Positions 63,091-64,000 of a DNA stretch of 64,000 bases are shown one piece after another. Within the stretch, counting starts at the first letter, position 1. The number at the start of each line of letters is the position of its first letter. Origin of the DNA: a virus; IMG/VR virus record IMGVR_UViG_3300045988_173816, positions 32,001-96,000 of that record. One strand, 5' to 3'. A program made the position numbers and the translations under genes. Under the pieces are notes generated by a model. It saw only the letters and a program-made list of their open reading frames with translations, had not been told where the DNA came from and searched no databases.

Positions 63091-64000
63091 GTGGATAAAC
63101 AACCAGATTTATTTGGACAAAGTTCAAGTGGTTCTTTTGGTAATAAACCAAGACCAAACAACAGTTTTGGAAATAGTGCTAACTCGCAAGGTGGTTTTCA
63201 AGGTGGGGGTTTCAACTCTAACTTTAATCCCGGAGGTGGAGTTCCTTTCAAAAGTCCACAACAAGAGCCACCTAAAAGGTCGTATAAAAAGTTGTGGATA
63301 ACTTTAGGTGTATTAGCAAGTCTCGGTATCGTTGGTGCAGGTTCAACTTTGGTGTATAAGCACAATCAAAAAGTTGCGATTGAAAAGAAAGCGAAAGAAG
63401 ATGCTTTGAAAGAGTTGCAAGAGAAGATTTCAAGTGGTGTGTCACAGTTTTCACTAGCTGAGATTTCAGATACTTCTGAAACTAACGGTATTTCCTTGTG
63501 GGATTTGAACCTTACTTATGTTAGTACCAACACTTCAAGAACTGATTTTGTAGGTGCAGTCTCAAAAGCAGTAACAGTTGAATTAAATGGTTCTGACGCT
63601 ACGATTAAGTCTCCTAACTGGGACTACATTGGTTGGGTTATAAAACATGTAGACCATGATAAAATCAAGGCTTTAACCAAAGATTTGAATAAGGATTCTT
63701 ATACTTATAAGGATGATTTAGTAGACGCTTACGCTAAGTACATTGCACAGAACTTAGCTGATATGTTAGAGTACAAAAACTCTTACGTGGCTTCTTATAT
63801 GCAAGGTTCTGATATTCCAAAACCTTACATTACTACTGAGATTTCAAATGCGGTATCCTCAGATAACAAACTAACTTATGAGTTTAATGAAACTTTGGAT
63901 AAGGTTGTGTTTAGTTCAGATAAACTTCATACATCAGAAGACTTTTTTGTAGGTGTTGTAGAAGATAGTTTTGGTGAGAAGAGTGAGAGTCAGGTTCACA
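63091..64000 (+). CDS. membrane-anchored protein, 3'-truncated by window end
   Basis: Absent from the ORF track because no stop is reached. GTG 63091 lies 8 nt after GTGAGGT. My manual translation gives 303 codons without a stop: a G/N/F-rich N-terminus, TM segment LWITLGVLASLGIVGAGSTLVY, then an extracytoplasmic domain. Confidence 0.6.
   Translation, partial: MDKQPDLFGQSSSGSFGNKPRPNNSFGNSANSQGGFQGGGFNSNFNPGGGVPFKSPQQEPPKRSYKKLWITLGVLASLGIVGAGSTLVYKHNQKVAIEKKAKEDALKELQEKISSGVSQFSLAEISDTSETNGISLWDLNLTYVSTNTSRTDFVGAVSKAVTVELNGSDATIKSPNWDYIGWVIKHVDHDKIKALTKDLNKDSYTYKDDLVDAYAKYIAQNLADMLEYKNSYVASYMQGSDIPKPYITTEISNAVSSDNKLTYEFNETLDKVVFSSDKLHTSEDFFVGVVEDSFGEKSESQVH

Noticed and set aside
8075-63301. 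Internal + strand ORFs in alternative frames (8075-8263, 14347-14529, 46189-46419, 63113-63301).
   Set aside because: They are embedded in longer ORFs that carry recognisable motifs or better start signals. 46189-46419 is the repeat read out of frame. 63113-63301 is out of frame within the unlisted 63091-onward ORF.
1798-63454. All minus-strand ORFs of 60-111 aa in the track (for example 1798-1998, 5002-5274, 17476-17787, 34450-34785, 47861-48184, 59548-59790, 63272-63454).
   Set aside because: Each lies antisense inside a longer, motif-bearing or well-punctuated + strand ORF. None has a convincing RBS. Several have the low-complexity composition typical of antisense frames.
1-64000. GGTATC enrichment explained as a restriction site (GTATCC is a type IIS-like word) or as an amino-acid/codon artefact.
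   Set aside because: Restriction pressure would deplete a site, not enrich it. The motif occurs in all three frames and in non-coding DNA, so no single peptide or codon pair explains it.
1-64000. Interpretation as a conventional tailed prophage or a classical conjugative plasmid segment.
   Set aside because: No terminase, portal, capsid, tail, holin or integrase motifs were recognised, and no relaxase, VirB4 or oriT nick motif. The element type stays open until the whole replicon is examined.

Overview
AT-rich window containing about 85 tightly packed genes, all on the + strand. I judge none of the minus-strand ORFs to be convincing. The content looks like part of a large mobile or extrachromosomal element (plasmid-like or phage-like) of a low-GC Gram-positive, probably Lactobacillales-like host. 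That host guess is an inference from sigma-A-type extended -10 promoters, an LPXTG/MucBP surface protein and a PcsB-like CHAP hydrolase. Modules I can recognise: (i) a replication/recombination block at 0.9-12 kb with a Toprim primase-like protein, an ATP-cone protein, an abundant acidic-tailed protein, an SbcD/Mre11-like nuclease flanked by two Rad50/SbcC-like half ATPases. (ii) A secreted CHAP hydrolase plus a 1418-aa P-loop protein whose Walker A resembles VirD4/TraG. (iii) A PnuC-like transporter, an LPXTG adhesin, a HAD nucleotidase-like protein and a J-domain protein. (iv) A 1.5-kb non-coding ori/centromere-like region with 22 phased iterons. (v) A UvrD-like helicase, a C5 cytosine methyltransferase, and a RecJ-like/ParM-like/RHH operon preceded by a second iteron array. 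I saw no capsid, tail, terminase, integrase, relaxase, rRNA, tRNA or CRISPR. The most unusual signals are at the DNA/RNA level. First, the hexamer GGTATC occurs about 110 times on the + strand against 3 reverse complements, in all reading frames, in terminator hairpins, and as a six-unit cluster at 46.8-47.5 kb. Second, a promoter-driven, ORF-free region of about 1 kb (3.65-4.6 kb) carries repeated stem-loops with a conserved TGTSAAAGG loop. Third, two 21-bp-phased TGTCMTA iteron arrays lie 15 kb apart. All counts are hand counts and all functional calls rest on motif recognition only. No searches were run.
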